Shown: positions 1 to 13,934 of the stretch, one piece after another
Layout: every line of letters begins with the position of its first letter
How positions within the stretch are numbered: the first letter of the stretch is position 1
Assembly: GCA_002633005.1 (NCBI GenBank)
Contig: NMRA01000318.1
Coordinates: forward strand, 428,145 to 492,144
Origin: Phoronis australis
Taxonomy: Eukaryota; Animalia; Phoronida
Direction of reading: 5' to 3'
DNA: 64,000 nucleotides
Made by a program: the position numbers and the translations under genes
Notes under the pieces: model-generated
Database searches by the model: none
The model's input: the letters and a program-made list of their open reading frames with translations, nothing else
What the model was told of the DNA's origin: nothing

Positions 1-534
1 GAGTCGTATCCAATCGACGCCACGAGTTCTCCAAGGCCCTGTAAAATACAGAATTTGTGACCACTGATCGAAATTTACTCCAGTTTCCTGCTATAACGTG
101 CATGCGACAATCACAATGAACAGTAAAAACAACTCCACAACGTTAGAAAACTCAATTACCTCCATTGTGGTCGACATCTCGAATAATGCACTGAACACCA
201 AAGTTCAAGCTTAGAACTGCACGCGCTACTGCTAGATATAATGTAACACTTACCGGACACACGTGAGGTCTTCACTTTGCCGACGACGCCAAACATCAAC
301 TTGAAGTCTTGTTCTGCATGCAGTCTTGGGAAACGATTCTTTGGCGAAATAAAAGCTGCCTGATCCACACGTTTTTATGGTGTTTTTCTGATAACTAAGT
401 CAGATTCTTCAATATCGTTATAAGTCTGAGAAAATTGTACTTCAAATCAAAATACAATGTTACAGAAGCTTCTACGCTGAAAATTTTTGGGGGGGCACGG
501 GCCCCCCCCGGCCCCCCCGCTTCCTACGGCCCTG
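1..534 (-). mobile_element. Probable 5' end of a hAT-type DNA transposon
   Basis: GC-rich terminus CAGGGCCGTAGGAAGCGGGGGGG on the minus strand at 534. The inward ORF relic RFPRLHAEQDFKLMFGVV resembles the TTF zinc-finger start of hAT transposases (RFPWLHY..D..MFC.VC). Confidence 0.4.
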
Positions 535-1799
535 ACTGATCTAGGATGTCGCCATGGGGGTAAGGAAATTTTTAGTCAAGTGAATCATGCTTGGTACTGA
601 AAGGTAATGGTTGTTTATTCATATTTCAATAAAAATAAGACAATTTTAATCTACGGACAGCAAAACAAACCCATCGGGGTCAGGTATCAATGATACAAGT
701 TTACTTGGATGTAACTTAAATAATCCTGAGAACAGACGGGGTGTCTGTGACATTCATCTCTATAAGATTCAGAAGACGAATATTCTTTCTACTAATAAAC
801 CACCTGTCCTAATCGGTCTTCAGCACAGGATTCTTCGTGTTTTTTGTCATAGACGGAACCAACTGTTCTTAGCCTTCGCTGTTTCAGCAAGGTATTTCTC
901 CATGTGTTCACGATGTATGCTCATTTGTATAATCTAGTTAATGAGATAAATCACAAAAGTAAAAAACAAATATAGAGATAAAAGTTACAACAACCAGTAA
1001 GCAAGTTGCATGATAAGCTGATTAAAACGTCGAAAAAATCAAGTCTGTAACAGTGTAAAAAACACTAAGAAAGAATAAAAACCTGTAAAAATGTAAGAAG
1101 AGAATTCCCTATTAAACCTCCGAGCACACAATTCTGGATGAAAAAACCCTTATATCTCGAGAAATCTTGCACACTTCCACACACCAAGAGACACGAAACT
1201 ACGGCGACCGCTTATTCCAATACGGACCAGGAACTGCTTCCTGTATTAGAATGATGACGTCACTCCAATACGAGCCATATTCCGGTGCGGGTCGAAGCAT
1301 TTGCTCAACATTCAACACGTGACATTGGGTGTTTAAAGTGCTTATAAACATGCCCCTTCGATCACAAAAACGGCTTTTAGACCACTGAATGATATAAATT
1401 CAAAGTTTTTTATTATTAGCGAAGTCTTGTGAGAAATGAATGCGATCAGTGGATTTTAATTCCAAAGCTGAAATTCGGGAAATAATTGGGCCCCAAAAGT
1501 CCACTACATGCATTTCCAAGCTGAAATAACCGTATACAGAAACTGATGAAATGCGAGCCACTCTATATCATTTTCCTTCATCCATGAGGTCTTGCTGAAG
1601 TGACCAGTCGCTTATGCAGCGTTGCAGTAACGACCGCCTGCATACAACCGTCAGGATCGTTGCTGACCATGAAATCAAAATAGATGCCAAGGCAAAAATC
1701 GAAAGTGACGCTTTCCAGGTGTATTTTGCCTGCCTGAACCTAAAAATTGCTTTTTAAATGTTTATTTATAATGAAAAATATAATGTACAATAATGGGCA

Positions 1800-2950
1800 T
1801 TAAGTCTCGAACGTGCTAGAAAGCATTATATCGGAAGATAAAATGAAAGCCCGAACATCAATGAATGACGAAACAAAAAATAGTCCACGAAACATAGTAC
1901 TTGTAATTAAAACGTGCAAATGTGTAGGGTCAGAAACACAACTGAGCGTGGACACGCCTGTAAAACGTATGTAGTATCGGCAATAACTGCATCTAAACAT
2001 AACTTTTTTTCTACAATACGATAGATACACTGCCTCGCATGAATACATCTTTGACCCTTGCCAATTTGATTGCGCAGCATTATTTGTTCTGGAAACTACC
2101 TGACGATTTTGCACAACTTCTAAGATACGCTTCAAAGATGACATCTCAGGGTAAGTATACGTAATTAATGTTGTTTTATCTTCAACAATTACGAGCAGAA
2201 ACATCACAAATACAAGCGAGCTAAGTACAGAACTTGGAAGTATACGAAAAAGAATAAGAATCGTATTTCACATGAGTGAAATAATGGCGTGCGCTCCTTC
2301 CATCTTGAAATTGCAGATTTTTATATTCTTTACCTTAATTTATTTCTCTGTTCGGTTAGTAGCTATGAGTTTTAAAGACACATACAGGATCGAGAAGACA
2401 CAGAAATTTGTAATGGATATCAAATTAGTTAGAAATTTGCCCCGCATATTTAACATTAACCCTATATCGAGACCAGTTAAACATACAAACCCATGACTAA
2501 GATATTGCCATAAACGTCATGTCACTGTGCGGTTTCCGAGATTATCAAAGAATGTTATGTACACTTCAAAACTAAATTCGTTTCTTTTTTGTCACTTTTT
2601 ATTGTATACATACCGAGTTCGAATAAATACAAACACTGTATAACTTGGTAAGGCACAACAATTCATTGAATAAAAAGGGAAAGTGAAAGCGGAGACACTT
2701 GAGCATCAAAACCTGTTTCATTCAGTCCATCAAGTTATTTAAGGCGAAGTCGTTTTCTGGAGCCCGAGTAGATTTTGGAAAGTTATTATAATTCTCCGAA
2801 AGATGAGAGAGATAACGACTGTGAACATTTAATAATTCATTTAAACCTCATACTGAAGGATAAACATTGCAATGATCGATATGCCTTTCTCTAACCTTTG
2901 TAACTACTTTCTATGACAGAGGCTCGGAGACAATGGTCATGACCTTTTAT
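1800..2950 (-). mobile_element. Degenerate RTE-X-like LINE, 3' part of ORF2
   Basis: Frameshifted pieces LLGLQK, YITFFDNL, DKTTLITY..KRILEVVQNRQVVSRTNN and EKKLCLDAVIADTTYVLQACP follow the RT / C-terminal CCHC order. A related DNA copy lies at 54410-54700. Confidence 0.5.
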
Positions 2951-3299
2951 GAAACGCCCAGTCATTCCTGTTAAAATAATGCTTTTATTCAAAACCAATT
3001 GAAAATTTAAACAAAACAGAAATAAAGTTTACCAATAAAATAAGTTTTAAGCAAATAGGCTAGTTTACCACACATCTTATCATGCTAAGCTTACACCGTG
3101 AAAATATTATCTGCTAATTTAGGTTACCTCTGGGTATAATGCGGAGCCCGGCCGCTTGGCCTGTGAGGGCGGCTGTATTCCGTGGCGCAAGATGAACACA
3201 TTAATTAGTTGCCCGGGCCTTGAATGGGTGAAATTCGTGTGACAAAGAGATTAAAAAAGCTCCTAATGTTTTCCCATCGCCAACATTCAACTTATTCCC

Positions 3300-4100
3300 C
3301 CCTCGTTGTTTGCGGCGGGGAAATTTTATATTTAGAAAACAGAGGCATATATTGTACGCTTTTGTCACGTTCTAAAATATATTTTCCCTGATAATTGGAA
3401 ATCAAAGCCAATTTAACAAGTGATTATATTTTCCCAGCGAAGGGTCATGGCAATTACATGGGAATTACTTCACCGGTTACTGTGTTCGGGCAGCAAAATC
3501 GAGTACAGGTGCGCGTTATTGCAACTGAGGTGTGATCACTGTTTTGAGATAACATTTGTTTTTTTAGATGAAACATTGCCGTGTGTGGATGTTTTTTTAT
3601 ATTCTACATTTTTAACGGCCAGTAAAGCCAGTGCCGATTTGCTCAGTCAGGTACGCAAAATTTGAGCTCATACGTCCAGGTAGCTTCCGAATATACTCCC
3701 TCCTTTCCAAAAATACGCCCTGCTTCATTTGATGCTTTCGAAAAGTCGTTTACCGAATATCCACCCATTGCCTTATTTTCGAAAAGTCCTGGTACGATTG
3801 GAAAAAGCCTTGAACCTTGAACACCTCGTTTTCTATAATGAATTAAAACCAAATTTACAAGGGCAAGAGACAAAACAATATATCCGTGGCATTGATATAA
3901 AGGTAAATTCCGCCTTTGTTATCATGCGAGGCAGTTGATATAAAAACAAGTCCACCATATAATCAAGTATTCTCACCAAGGGCTGTGTGATAGCTAAAAC
4001 TATGCTGAACGAGAGAATATTTCTTTCACCCATAATTCATACAGTGCGAGTTCAGGAATTTAGGCAACAACGGTGTTTCAGTGTGTGCCTATTTTTGAAA
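3300..4100 (+). mobile_element. Degenerate LINE ORF2 relic (RTE-X-like)
   Basis: GSKIEY..FVFLDETL..TASKASADLLSQVRKI and VFYNELKPN..ETKQYI..KVNSAFVIMRG resemble the post-RT regions of ORF2. Confidence 0.4.
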
Positions 4101-4759
4101 ATATTGATCCTATTTTGTATTAATGATTGAGCAAATACGCATGTACACCGATGTAACAACGAAAAATCAATGTCCAGTGTAAAATGTTGTCAGTATTGAT
4201 TATAACGGATTGGCGAGGCAGGATTTGAGACGTAATTGATACAGCTATAAAGTTCATAGAAACGTTTTTATAAAATATAGTTAAATAAAATGATGGTAAT
4301 GTGACAGACAAACTCTCACTCTTACAAACCTTTATCCATGTTTCGGAATGTGGACATGCAGATGCATTTTGGAACGAAATACCAACATAGCTTTCAAATG
4401 TTGTAGGCAACAACCTTTTATTAGATGAGAAAAATGTACTGTTATCCGCATACTTTGAAGATTATTTTGTGAAATTAATCGCATATTAACCCTAGGATAA
4501 TACTTGGTTCAAGACTACCTGTATTCCTGTACTTTCAACCCTTCAGACCATGGTCAGAAGTGCTTGAATTCGGTTACCAACAATTTTGGTATGATATTCT
4601 ATTCTTCTTGAATCTGTGTACTTTTAGTCAATAAATAAACACAAATAAATTAAATGATTATTTTTTGTGTGATGTCATCAATGGATCCGGTCTACACCGT
4701 TGTTTTATTGCACTCCAGCTGCGAGTCGAAGTGGTCGCGAAAACTGGGTTCAACTGAGC

Positions 4760-4960
4760 ATTATGAAAACTAGTATGTACGGAGGATGCAGTATTAGCAA
4801 TGGAACAGACAATATTTCAGTTTTTGCCTGTTTCAAAAGACCCTAATATCGACCAGGAATTGCACAGGCTCGTGCGTCGGACAGTACACGGTGGAGCAAG
4901 CGAAGTTCAGGGGCCACGCAGTGCTCAGCCCATTATGAAGAATTTTGCTTCGATCAGTCG
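4760..4960 (+). pseudogene. THAP-domain relic of a Kolobok-like transposon
   Basis: Frameshifted MYGGCSISNGTDNISVF / SKDPNIDQELHRLVRRT resembles a THAP zinc-finger N-terminus and is similar to 59260-59370. Confidence 0.5.
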
Positions 4961-6530
4961 CAAAAACGGTGGTTTGATGAAGGTTTCTCCAACGTGTAAA
5001 TGCATTTGATGGAGAAACGTTGTATTGTGTTGCACCATTGCTGATTACGTAGTTGTCAGGTACATAAGTTGAGTATGAGCCTCAGCATCAAATTGTGACT
5101 AAAACAGTGAATGTGGTTGCAGTAAGTCTACTTTCGTTAAAGATTTTGTGAGAATGCATGCTATCCACATACAGTAAACGTTCAATGCCAAGTAGTAGAA
5201 AATGGGATGTGGATGCCACACAAATAGTTCGAGATCATGACAGCAGCCGACAAAGAGGCTGGAGTCGGACATTGGACCGAAATAATGGACGGATCACAAC
5301 GGTAATTGGTTATTGGCTAAATAGATGTAATCTAACCAATCAGAGTAACGTTTTGATGGTTTTTAGCTTGAGCAGTCATTTACAGCGCTCATTTTCGAAT
5401 ATTGGTTTTCAACATGATGCACTGTAGAGAGATTATTAGCTGGGCCACGCGGAAAACTCCAGGAAGTACATGTAATTCAGTTAAAGCTTTACGTTTAGTC
5501 TATTCATGTAGGTCTGCTGGATATTGTATGCCTAGTGTTTAATTGTTGAACTGTAACGGCTGCTTTGTGTTGGTTTCGTCTTATGCGTGTTCGAGTCCCG
5601 TGTGCTACCCTATTGACTGTTGGGTAACGTTTTGAAAACATTGTTTGGTTCTGTTGTCTGACAAACTTTATTTATCGTTTGTAGATAACCGTCACTTCAA
5701 GAATAAATTGATTAAACGACGCTGACGCGTTATTCTATCACCCACACTAATACCTACTATCCCCCATTGTATATATTCTGTCAACTGATCAAAGTCAACA
5801 ACTGATGACATCACGTAGCAGGAAACCAAAAAGTCATTATTTTTATTTGAAATTCGAAATTCGTTAATTATTTATTGGTGCTTGTTTAGCTAGATTTTGT
5901 GTTAATAAGTTATCATATTCGGTCTAAAACCTCAAAAAGTGCAAAAATCCATAGTAGGATCGCTGTAAGGAGTTAAAGAAAATAATATTGATGTTGTCAA
6001 GATATAGAAACACATGAAATAAGAGAATCACCCCCTGAAATCTCTGTTTGAGACCCTTATAGATTCACCGTAAATGTAAGGAAGGGTTCTGCTACACTGC
6101 TTGATTTAAGTCAGAAAGAATTTGGAAGTGTGAATTTGAAAGAGCATGTTTTCCTCTTCATTTGTGTGGTTGAATTATGTTATTTTGTTGAAATAAATTA
6201 TACGGAAATAATCTATTGTGAAAAGATCACCACATAGCTTGCAGTATAGAACTTTCTATTGTAATTTATAAATAAACTCATTTCTTCAGAAAGATAAAAT
6301 TAGCGATCCTCATACACGCCACAGTAGTGTGTTATCGTAAACAGGAAACATTGGAACACATTATTTACAATTTTTGTGTTACTAAGGAAAGTGGAAAATT
6401 ACAATACTCACGACGAAGAGACACTTTTATTTTCAACACTTGGTGCATAATTGTCAACATTAAAAAATAAAAAAACGGGACAACTGAATTGAATAGTGGG
6501 ACTTCCGGATAAAAAGCGGGACAAATGGGT

Positions 6531-7293
6531 CTATGTCAAAACGCAAGGGCGAAAAGTTCACAGCAACACACAAAAGCGACCCGACGGCGGTTTTGAAGTC
6601 GAATGCGAAATTGTCAGTGCCTTGTAGACTCGTGACACTCCCGTTTTTGTTTTATTCGAATGAGAAAATAGAGCGTGGGAAAGTACAATGATATATATAA
6701 CACTAAGACAATTTCGCCGGTTGTCAAAAAAGGAGATGTTTCGATGGTGTGGCAGGATAGCGAGAAAAAATGGGATAGTCTGCCAATGCGTGACAATTGA
6801 CCTATCGCAAGCTCCGCCCCTATGCGAAAAGTCACGTGATACCCGACATTCGAACGAGATGTCAGAGGCAAATAAACTGTCGCAAAACGACGTTCCTGGT
6901 GGAATCGATGAGTGTTTTTGCACTATTTGAAAACGCTTCGACAGAAAAAAGAGACGGATGCTTTTCAACAGAGAATCGTACGTTCATGATATGGGAATTT
7001 GTAAAGGTGACGATGAAAAAATATGTGCTCGAGGAGCCAGCGAAAATCCGAAGACACCTCGGCCGCGGGGCTACCTTCACCTGACAAATGACAAGGCCAC
7101 TGATACGATATGTCCATGTAAAGCTGGGTATGTACCTTAAAGTCGAATTATCTGTACGATTCCATAGATTTCATGATCTTTCGAATAAAATCAGTGAAGA
7201 TTCACCGATATTTTTATTCTGTCGTCTGCTAAATTTCGCCAAATGAAAAGTAGGTCACAACTGGTGGGACTCCTGGAGTAAAATAGGTCATAG
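6531..7293 (+). repeat. Dispersed non-autonomous element (copy A) with an ORF relic
   Basis: 6810-7293 is a diverged reverse complement of 9070-9535. It carries the relic MSEANKLSQNDVPGGIDECF...RESYVHD. Boundaries CTATG...CATAG. Confidence 0.7.
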
Positions 7294-7485
7294 ATTACAG
7301 ACAGTATAGTCTCTGGCTAGGTCGACTCGATAGCACTGTTTACGCTTTTCTAATCTTGTAACGAAATATTTTGATCAAAAAATTCAAGTTCATAGCTCAG
7401 GTACACACTCATCTCGTCTTGGCCAAACAGTTAGCTCCGGTAGCCTGTCTAGGGTTGTGTCTCAGTAAAATTAATGTCTGGAATT

Positions 7486-7760
7486 CAGTGGCGGATCTAG
7501 GATACCACAGGGGGGCAACATATGTTGCCACGTGGAATAGGGCAAAGTGCAGTTGTATGTGCACAGGCGGCCCGAAAGTTGCATGGGCCAGGGATGTAGA
7601 CCGTTAGACCTTCTGTTCAGAAAATCTATCGGTGGACTAAAAAATACAGGAACACGATTCCGGCGGGATCTGGGGTCTGAGACCTCCCTCTTCCGCTACC
7701 GGTCCTAGTTACTGAACTCAATATTTCCTCACGCCCTTGCTGTTTCACTTTGCATTTTAT
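7486..7760 (+). mobile_element. MITE family 1 (CAGTGGCGGATCTA terminus), 3'-truncated copy
   Basis: Same terminus and body as 41540-41773, 48654-48975 and 58356-58677. Confidence 0.75.
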
Positions 7761-8369
7761 TTTTTTTTGTAGTTTCATTCCATAAAGGTAGCTTTCTTTC
7801 AATTTTGAAGGTAGCATGATCACTAAGTCGTGGTATGGTTACGAAAGATTACAAGTCTGGTGTGGTAGTTGCAAAAATGGGGCATTTACAAAAATAACTC
7901 AAATTCTTTTTTAAAGCTTCATAAATCTAAATATCATGTTTGAACAACTTCAAAATGAACTATCTCTAACTATACAGACATGGTGTATACTAGAGGTACA
8001 CGTCAAAAAGTAATTCAACAGTTTATTTTTAGTGACAACAGCTCGACCAAGGCTTTGAGTTCCGGCAGTAATCCAGTGCCCTTCCCTGTGCCGATCAAAT
8101 CTCTGAATTTTGACCGGGAGAGAAGTTCAGTTGAACGTCAGCTTACGGTTTATGAATAACAAAAATATACCTCTGATACGAAACAAAATAATGTCCATTT
8201 GGTTGAAATAAATAAAAAAACATAAAATAAAAATGTCCTTGAAAACAACAATTTCCGGGGACTACCGCTAGAGTGCTGAGAGTCCAGCAGGTGCCGAGAC
8301 AAAGGCGGCCAGACGTAGCCAACTCGGGAGTCAAAATCTGAGATAGCCCTGCACCATAGCCACCAAGCT

Positions 8370-9070
8370 GAAAAGTGCGTATCTTGGAACTAATATATTT
8401 GTGTTTATTATAGCCTTCGAGTTATCAAGCAACATCGCTAAGTTCAGCTGCTAGTGTGACCGTACAGTTTGATCCATAGTTTACGCTTTTCAACATCATT
8501 GTTCGGCTTAGAACATGCCAAAAAATGACGGGATATTATTCTGGAGCATCATAACGGCTGTCGGTGCTACACACGTCATATCAACACCGTTTCCCCATTC
8601 TTAGCGGACAATTTCTTGAGTTATAGACTAAAGTAAGTTTTACTCAACTGCGTGTGGTTTGTCGGGTAAAATGGCGGCTTGGAAACGCAGACGAAGGTGT
8701 GCCAAGAACGCTGCGTTCTGATTGGTCAATTAAGCCGTCCGTCATAACCTTGGCGATAGGTCAATTGTCAACTGACCTATCGCCAGTATTTTGACTGACT
8801 TCTTAGTTGACCAATCAGAACGCAGCATTCTTGACACATCTTCGTCTGCATCCCCAAACCGCCACTTCACCCTACAAACAACACGTAAAGCTCGTTTTAG
8901 TCTATACATGTAACTCAAGAAATTATGCGATAAAAATGGTGAAACGATGTTGCTGCGGTGTGTGTAATTCCGACAACCGGCATGCAGCTCGAGAAGAGTA
9001 TCCCGTCACTTTTCGGGCATTCCCCAAATCAAAATATTTCGCTCGAAGATTAGAAAAGCATAAACAGTGC
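8370..9070. mobile_element. Imperfect fold-back palindrome with divergent THAP ORF relics
   Basis: Arms are symmetric about ~8768 (TGGCGATAGGTCAATTG-T-CAACTGACCTATCGCCA). The + arm ATG at 8936 gives MVKRCCCGVCNSDNRH..YPVTFRAFPK. The - arm ATG at 8598 gives MGKRC*YDVCSTDSRY..YPVIF..KPNNDVEKRKLWIKL. Confidence 0.8.
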
Positions 9071-9590
9071 TATGGACTCGACCTACTTTAATCAGAGAAC
9101 CCATCTTGTCACCTACTTTTCATTTGGCGGAATTTAGCAGACGGTAGAATAAAAATATCTTCACTGATTGTTCAAAATATCCTGAAATCTATGGCAGATA
9201 ATTATACCCAGCTTAACATGAACATATCGTACCAGTAGCCTTGTCATTTGTCAAGTAATGGGGAGCCGTGTGGGGTTCTTCTGATTTTCTCTGGCTTCGA
9301 AATACTTTTCCTTGAACACTTTTTTTTCGTCGTCGCCTTTACAATTCTCACATCATGAACGTACGATTCCCTGCTGAAAAGCATCGCCTGTTGTCTTTGT
9401 TGAAGCGTATTCGTATAGTCCAAAAACACTCGTCTATTCCATCAGGAATGTCGTGTAACGATGGTGTATTTGCCTCCTGCATTTTCTGTGTTTGCTGGAT
9501 GTCACGTGACTTTTCGCGAGGGGGCGGAGCTTGCATATTGGTCGTTGAAAATGTGCGCTTTCGGGACTACAAAGTGCTGGGTTGGTTTTT
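9070..9590 (-). repeat. Dispersed non-autonomous element (copy B of 6531-7293)
   Basis: Reverse-complement similarity, including MQEANTPSLHDIPDGIDECF / MLFSRESYVHDV. It begins where the + THAP arm breaks off. Confidence 0.7.
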
Positions 9591-10044
9591 TACAAGCTAA
9601 ATTTTTCATTTTTAAATTTTATTTCACGGATATAGGTGAATACTACCAATAAAATTCACTGCTCAGAAATCGAATTAATAAAAAGTATTCTGAGAAACGG
9701 GTAAACATTGCTTTTCATGTTCTCATCAGTCTTTATAAAAGTACAAGTTTTCGAAGAAAATTCATTTAACGCCCAGGCAAACCTTGACCTGAATACAATA
9801 AACGTTGAGCAGACCAGAACTCAAATTTTACGTCTGAAACGCATTATGAATTGTTTGCTAATGGAAATAGACGAGCCTAAGGTGGCACTACCTGACGGCA
9901 TGGACGCACCATACGTTTGACCTCAGGGGTATACATTTCCATTCTTTCTAATGTGCATAGGAATTCGTTGGATACACTGGGGTCAACAATGTACGCTTTT
10001 CACCCTGTTAGCGTAAGAGTTGCCTAACGGTCAGTGTATGAGCA

Positions 10045-10260
10045 TCAGTAGGCACACCATGGTAAAAGTTTGGTAATAGTCTTTTGAAGTCGTTGTCGCT
10101 TCCGCTTTTTCTTTAATTTCACATTTTTAGAGAGAACAGGCGTATAGCCGTCAACAACAGACGACGAAGCAGCACCACCATTCACTCCCGAAGGAGCGTT
10201 CGGGTGCTCATGAACACGAACATCCGCAGCCGAAGCCACATTCTTGAACCCCGGCCATTA
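10045..10260 (-). mobile_element. Possible LINE ORF1 (gag-like) N-terminal fragment
   Basis: DGYTPVLSKNVKLKKKRKRQR resembles the DGF..V..KK basic motif of ORF1 proteins. No further support. Confidence 0.25.
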
Positions 10261-10539
10261 GGGTCAGAAAAACGCTAGTGGTACGTCTCCCTGTTCACCT
10301 CATTTATGAGATGACAACAAGGCCCTTCTACAAGGTCTTTCCACATCACGAACTTAAAGGATTCAACACTATGCTCCAGGTCTCTCCCCTGGTTCCCTTA
10401 AGAGGAAGTCGAGTTCAATATCAATATACCATACATTTGTTTGTATTAAAGGCTTCTGGCCCAAAGTACAATAAACAAAAAATTAAACAGGTACATTTGC
10501 ATACGCAGTCAACCTATTTAAGGGTTGTTCTCTTCTGAG

Positions 10540-12330
10540 GCCCTAGTAGAATTTCTCCATCAACTTTTTAATAGAATTTTCAATACTGGGCATTATCCAT
10601 CCCAATAGTCAAAAAGTATATTGTGCCGTGTTACAAAAGACAGATATAATCCAAATAGTTATAGAGGGATCTCTGTTATAGATAGTATTAATAAAATTTG
10701 TACAACTATTCTTTATTCTCGAATAGTTGAATGGTCGAATAATACGAAATGTATCTTGGAAGAACAGGCAGGCTTCCGGACTGGGTACCCTACAATCGAT
10801 AACATTTTTAACTTACAGAGTATTATCCCGAAACATGTCACTAAACGGAAGGAGAAAGTATTTTGCGCATTCGTTGATTTTTGTAAGGCATTTGATAGTG
10901 CAGATATTTCCCGTTTATTTTATGGCCTTCTAACCAAAGGTTTGTATGGAAAATGTTTAACATGTTGCGCAGTATGTACGACACTATACAATCGTAGGTT
11001 ATGGTACAGTAACAGACCATTTTAACTGTGCCGTTGGTGTCCGGCAAGGATGTGTTTTAAGTCCCTGGCTGTTCTCGTTGTTTGTTAGCACACTGGTGTC
11101 TGATATTAGAAAAATGTAAGCAGAGGTATATGCGTCTCCCCGGGTTGTGATATTGCTTTTCTGTTTCTCTGGTTTTTTTTGCTGATGATTTAGTGCTGGT
11201 GTCGAATACTGTTGCTGGGCTACAGATGAAGCTCAATGTCCTCGAAAAGTTTTGTCGAGATTGGAACTTGCAATTTAATTTGGAGAAAAAAATGTTGTGG
11301 TATTTAAGCGAGGGGTATACTTTCAAATACTGAAAGGTGTTTTTGGCGACAGTAAAGTACTACAAGTACCTTGGAGTCACATTCTCCTGCAGACTTGAAT
11401 GGACAGAGTGTTGTAGAGTACTTGCAAGCCAAGCTCGAAAAGCAGTGAGCGTTATTAAAGCCCCTCTGTCAAAATTTAACTGTATTTCCCACTATTGAGT
11501 GCATTTTAAACTCTTTGACTCTATGGTAATGCTCATATTAACATATGGTGCAGAAATATGGGGAACATCAATGTGTGAATCTATTGAAAAAGTTCATAAT
11601 GGTTTCGGCAAATACGTTCTGAGATTAAGTAATATAACGCCAAATGCTATGGTTCGCCGTGAATGTGTAAGACAATTGTTAATTACAAAATATATGTGTA
11701 AACCAATTATCTATTGGACAAAATTAGTTGACATGGGATAACATAGGTACCCACTGAAGTGCTATAGAGTGCTTAGGGGACAAGGTGAAAACGGTGATAA
11801 AAACTGGGCACACCGTATCAAAGAAATTTTGTATGGGTACGGTTATGGACAAGTGAGGTTATTTGGCCTAGGTAATAGTGCTGAATTTATTATGGTATTC
11901 AAGCAGAGGTTACCAGATTGTGGCGCACAGGAATGGCAACTGGAAATAGGTAGCCCAAATAAATATGAATTTTATAGTTTTACTAAACGCGAACTTGTTA
12001 GCGAGCAATATGTGAATTATTTAAGCGCTTATTAGAGAAGAATACTTGCGCAATTTCGATGTTGAGGTCATTCACTTAATATAGAGAAAGGGAGACATAT
12101 GGGTATTCCTAGAAGTGAAAGAATATGCGGCATATGCAGTCTGGGTGACATTGAAGATAAGTCTCAATTCATGTGTCGATACCCTGTTCTTGGAGACCTT
12201 ACAAGATATCTTCTACCAGAGAATGTGAATGTTAACTACTCTCTTGTTAGGTTATTCCAACAGAAAAAAGTCATGACAGTATCCAGCTAGCTTGCATTTT
12301 TTGTATGTTCAGAAGGCTATGGCTTTAAAG
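10540..12330 (+). mobile_element. RTE-X-like LINE, 5'-truncated reverse transcriptase pseudogene
   Basis: NPNSYRGISV, EEQAGFR, FCAFVDFCKAFDS, GVRQGCVLSPWLF, FFADDLVL, YKYLGVTF, KLFDSMVMLILTYGAEIWG and C-terminal IEKGRHMGIPRSERICGICSLGDIEDK, with multiple stops and frameshifts. Confidence 0.92.
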
Positions 12331-13934
12331 TCCTTATCTCAAAATGCCAATGTGGTTCCAGTATCCGAAATACTTACTAAATAAAATTTTATTTTCGATA
12401 CCCTTTCGCTATATTCTTTTCACCTTTTGTGCCAAAAGCGATTTTTAACAGTATTTGACCCTTCTCTGTGAGCGTATAACTACCGGCTGTCATCGGTTAT
12501 TTCCGTACCCACATTTCCGCTCGTCAGTTCAGGAACTTGTTCTGAACGCCGCAATTTTTTCCTTGTAACTGAATGTGCTTTCGCTTGCTCGAAAAGTCCT
12601 CATTATTTTGTTTTATTAGTAATATCACGTGATTCGTTTGTATATATAGTGTATTTATAGTTTGCAGTTAGTGGTCGTTGAATTTCTTTGGAATATTACG
12701 CGTACTTTTGTTTATTATGTTAAAATAGCATTGGAGTTTAGTTCCTGTTATGTTGGGCCTTCGAACCTAGGAACCAAATGAGTCGAACCAATTAATTTTT
12801 TTTTACTTTTTTCCTTTTGAAAAAGTACTTTGCTATGATCGAAAAGATAGTGCATTCTACTCAGTAAAATCGAAAAAGTATCAAAATCGGCGCAAGCAGT
12901 GTAAAGTTATTGCAATTTTTTTTGTGGCGAAATTTGGGTCACTTTGTTTGGATCGCGTTGGCCATCTTGGAGGATAGCGGTATATTAAGTTACGAGTTGC
13001 TTTGCGTAAATTGTTTTCGCCAACAATTTACGGTGAAATTTAGTGAGACACATCTTTACTTACTATTCTGCACGATTTAATAGTTTTCATCAAATTCCAT
13101 CCTCGCAGTTGTTTCTTAAAAGTGATATGTGCTCACAATTCCCGTCTCATTTCCAGCGGCACGAAAAACATGGCGACTTTTGCTGAACTGAAAGGCATGT
13201 TCAACCGGATACTTTGTAATTTGTGAAGATTTAACGTTTTAACGTATTAAAATACATTTTGACAAACGTTGCTACAAAATATGAACCAGCATCTTCGGGC
13301 AACATTTTTTGATGCCTTGGGTTTACTATTAATACATAATGTAAAAAGAAACATCAAGTTGAAAACCAATTTCACTAGTTTTTCATTCCATGGGTTCTTG
13401 CAATTCTGTCATTGAGATTGTTACCTCCACTCAAATTACAATTATCGATGAGGTTCAGTTGTAAGGTCACTTCCTTCGTACTCACTGCTTAATAAATAAA
13501 AACTTTAAAAATTTTGAATTAGACTTATCATAATGAAGTGCTCGAACGAGCCCTCTATTTGGACAAATAGAAAAAGGTCTGCCTCAGTCAGAGAAGCAAG
13601 ATCTCCTGCTGTGTTGAACTTCTGAGATTGTGGACCTTATGACTAAAAAAGAAAAAACGAGTGTACACGAGATTTCTTTAAGGTTATGCAATGCATTCGC
13701 AAAGGACTAACCAGCCCGTAATTTTATGCAAGTGTCTGAAACCACCTTTGTATGTATACGGCATTTATGATTTGAACCTTTTACTTCAACAAAACAGTTT
13801 GCAACCGCATGCCTTTACCGTTCGCCAGTGAATCACTGGTCTCGGTCCTCATCGGGTCCGACCGGCTGCGGGACCGAGTCCGGCAAAATAATTTCTGTCA
13901 AAATGTATTCGCCACGTTTCGTCAGCAATTTTAA

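Noticed and set aside
5020-5775. Possible solo LTR with AATAAA and a B-box-like GTTCGAGTCCC
   Set aside because: No clear TG..CA ends or TSD, and no tRNA cloverleaf.
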